Shown in pieces: positions 63,244 to 64,000 of a stretch of DNA of 64,000 nucleotides (positions are counted from its first letter, which is position 1; every line of letters starts with the position of its first letter). A program made the position numbers and the translations under genes. A model generated the notes under the pieces. The model saw nothing but the letters and a program-made list of their open reading frames with translations, ran no database searches and was not told the DNA's origin. This DNA comes from Oscillospiraceae bacterium. Its GTDB lineage: Bacteria > Bacillota > Clostridia > Oscillospirales > JAAYXM01. Where the stretch lies: positions 5,399 through 69,398 of the forward strand of contig JAFQME010000015.1 in NCBI GenBank assembly GCA_017421025.1. Direction: 5' to 3'.

Positions 63244-64000
63244 TTGTACATAACCGTTCATAAACGCACAGTGCTCACCTTGTTTGTTTGTCTCGTTGCC
63301 ATCCTGCTCATCCCGTTTGGCTCGGAAACTCTGGGCACAACCTCGGAAACCGTACCCGCATCCGCAAGCGACTGGGGTCTCAGCTTCCAAAAAGAAGGGG
63401 AAGCCCCGATTGCAAACGCAAGCCGTGACTATCTCGGTAACTTCAACGCCTATTATATGGGAGACCCTGCGGAGAAGAAACTTTATCTCACGTTTGATGC
63501 CGGGTACGAAAACGGCTTTACCGCAAAGATTCTGGATGTTTTGAAACAACACGAAGTCCCTGCTGCGTTTTTCCTTGTGGGAAACTATCTGGAAACACAG
63601 CCGGACTTGGTGAAGCGGATGTGTGAAGAAGGACATATCGTGGGAAACCACACGTACAGCCACCCGGATATGTCGAAAATCTCAGAAGAGGCGGCATTCC
63701 GGGAAGAAATTGAGCGATTTGAACAGGGATTCCGAATGTTGACCAATCGGGAACTTCCACGGTTTTACCGCCCGCCGCAGGGGAAATTCAGCGAGGAAAA
63801 TTTAAAACAGGCAAAGGATTTGGGGTATCAGACGGTCTTTTGGAGTCTTGCCTATGTGGATTGGTACAATGACAACCAACCCAAAGCCGAGGATGCAATG
63901 AAAACGTTGACCTCCCGCATCCATCCGGGTGCAATCGTTTTGCTGCACAGCACCTCTGAGACCAATGCACAGATTTTAGATGAACTGCTCTGTAAGTGGA
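63244..64000 (+). CDS. pdaA: polysaccharide deacetylase, PdaA-like (delta-lactam biosynthesis), 3' end outside window
   Basis: This frame is not in the ORF track because it runs off the window. It reads LYLTFDAGYENGFTAKILDVLKQHEVPAAFFLVGNYL...EGHIVGNHTYSHPDM...RPPQGKFS. The start is uncertain (TTG 63244 or GTG 63235/63271). Confidence 0.8.
   Translation, partial: MYITVHKRTVLTLFVCLVAILLIPFGSETLGTTSETVPASASDWGLSFQKEGEAPIANASRDYLGNFNAYYMGDPAEKKLYLTFDAGYENGFTAKILDVLKQHEVPAAFFLVGNYLETQPDLVKRMCEEGHIVGNHTYSHPDMSKISEEAAFREEIERFEQGFRMLTNRELPRFYRPPQGKFSEENLKQAKDLGYQTVFWSLAYVDWYNDNQPKAEDAMKTLTSRIHPGAIVLLHSTSETNAQILDELLCKW

Noticed and set aside
1-64000. CRISPR arrays, tRNA/rRNA genes, IS elements, integrases, prophage or known defence-system genes
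   Set aside because: I searched intergenic regions and the ORF list by eye. There are no regularly spaced repeats, no tRNA-like T-arm sequences, and no transposase, recombinase, restriction, Cas, Abi or toxin-antitoxin-like products. The window looks like core chromosome with a few accessory metabolic clusters.

Overview
This window reads as an ordinary chromosomal segment of a fairly GC-rich, spore-forming Clostridia-type Firmicute. An Oscillospiraceae/Ruminococcaceae-like origin is my inference from gene content only. All calls come from reading the sequence and the ORF track by eye; no searches were run. About 59 protein genes are supported. Housekeeping genes include prfB, lepA, hemW, tadA, rpsT, glyQS, nadE, punA, a type III glutamine synthetase, GTP-dependent PEP carboxykinase, pnp and rpsO. 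Sporulation genes are gpr, spoIIE and a pdaA-like deacetylase. Energy metabolism includes the complete rnfCDGEAB operon, a [FeFe]-hydrogenase maturation operon (TM1266-like regulator, hydG, hydF), a TbADH-like alcohol dehydrogenase and a ferredoxin. There is also an SLH-domain S-layer-type protein. Three AraC-controlled accessory clusters carry Gfo/Idh/MocA oxidoreductases, a TIM-barrel sugar isomerase and a type-I dehydroquinase-like enzyme. I found no rRNA, tRNA, CRISPR array, transposase, integrase or phage gene. I did not find a recognisable defence or mobile system. The most unusual signals are listed here.
- Two unclassified structured 5' leaders end in intrinsic terminators just before the start codon. 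One precedes the hydrogenase maturation operon and one precedes a small lipoprotein gene.
- An unannotated 34-codon, very acidic ORF is translationally coupled to a 922-aa secreted protein that has two copies of an unknown module.
- One gene fuses a carbon-nitrogen hydrolase to a glycerophosphodiester phosphodiesterase.
- Several operator-like repeats are present: Rex-like boxes at adh and rnf, 15-bp direct repeats at an AraC-controlled operon, and three 10-bp-phased TTTCCC repeats in front of spoIIE.
Many long ORFs in the track are antisense shadows of real genes, and I rejected them.
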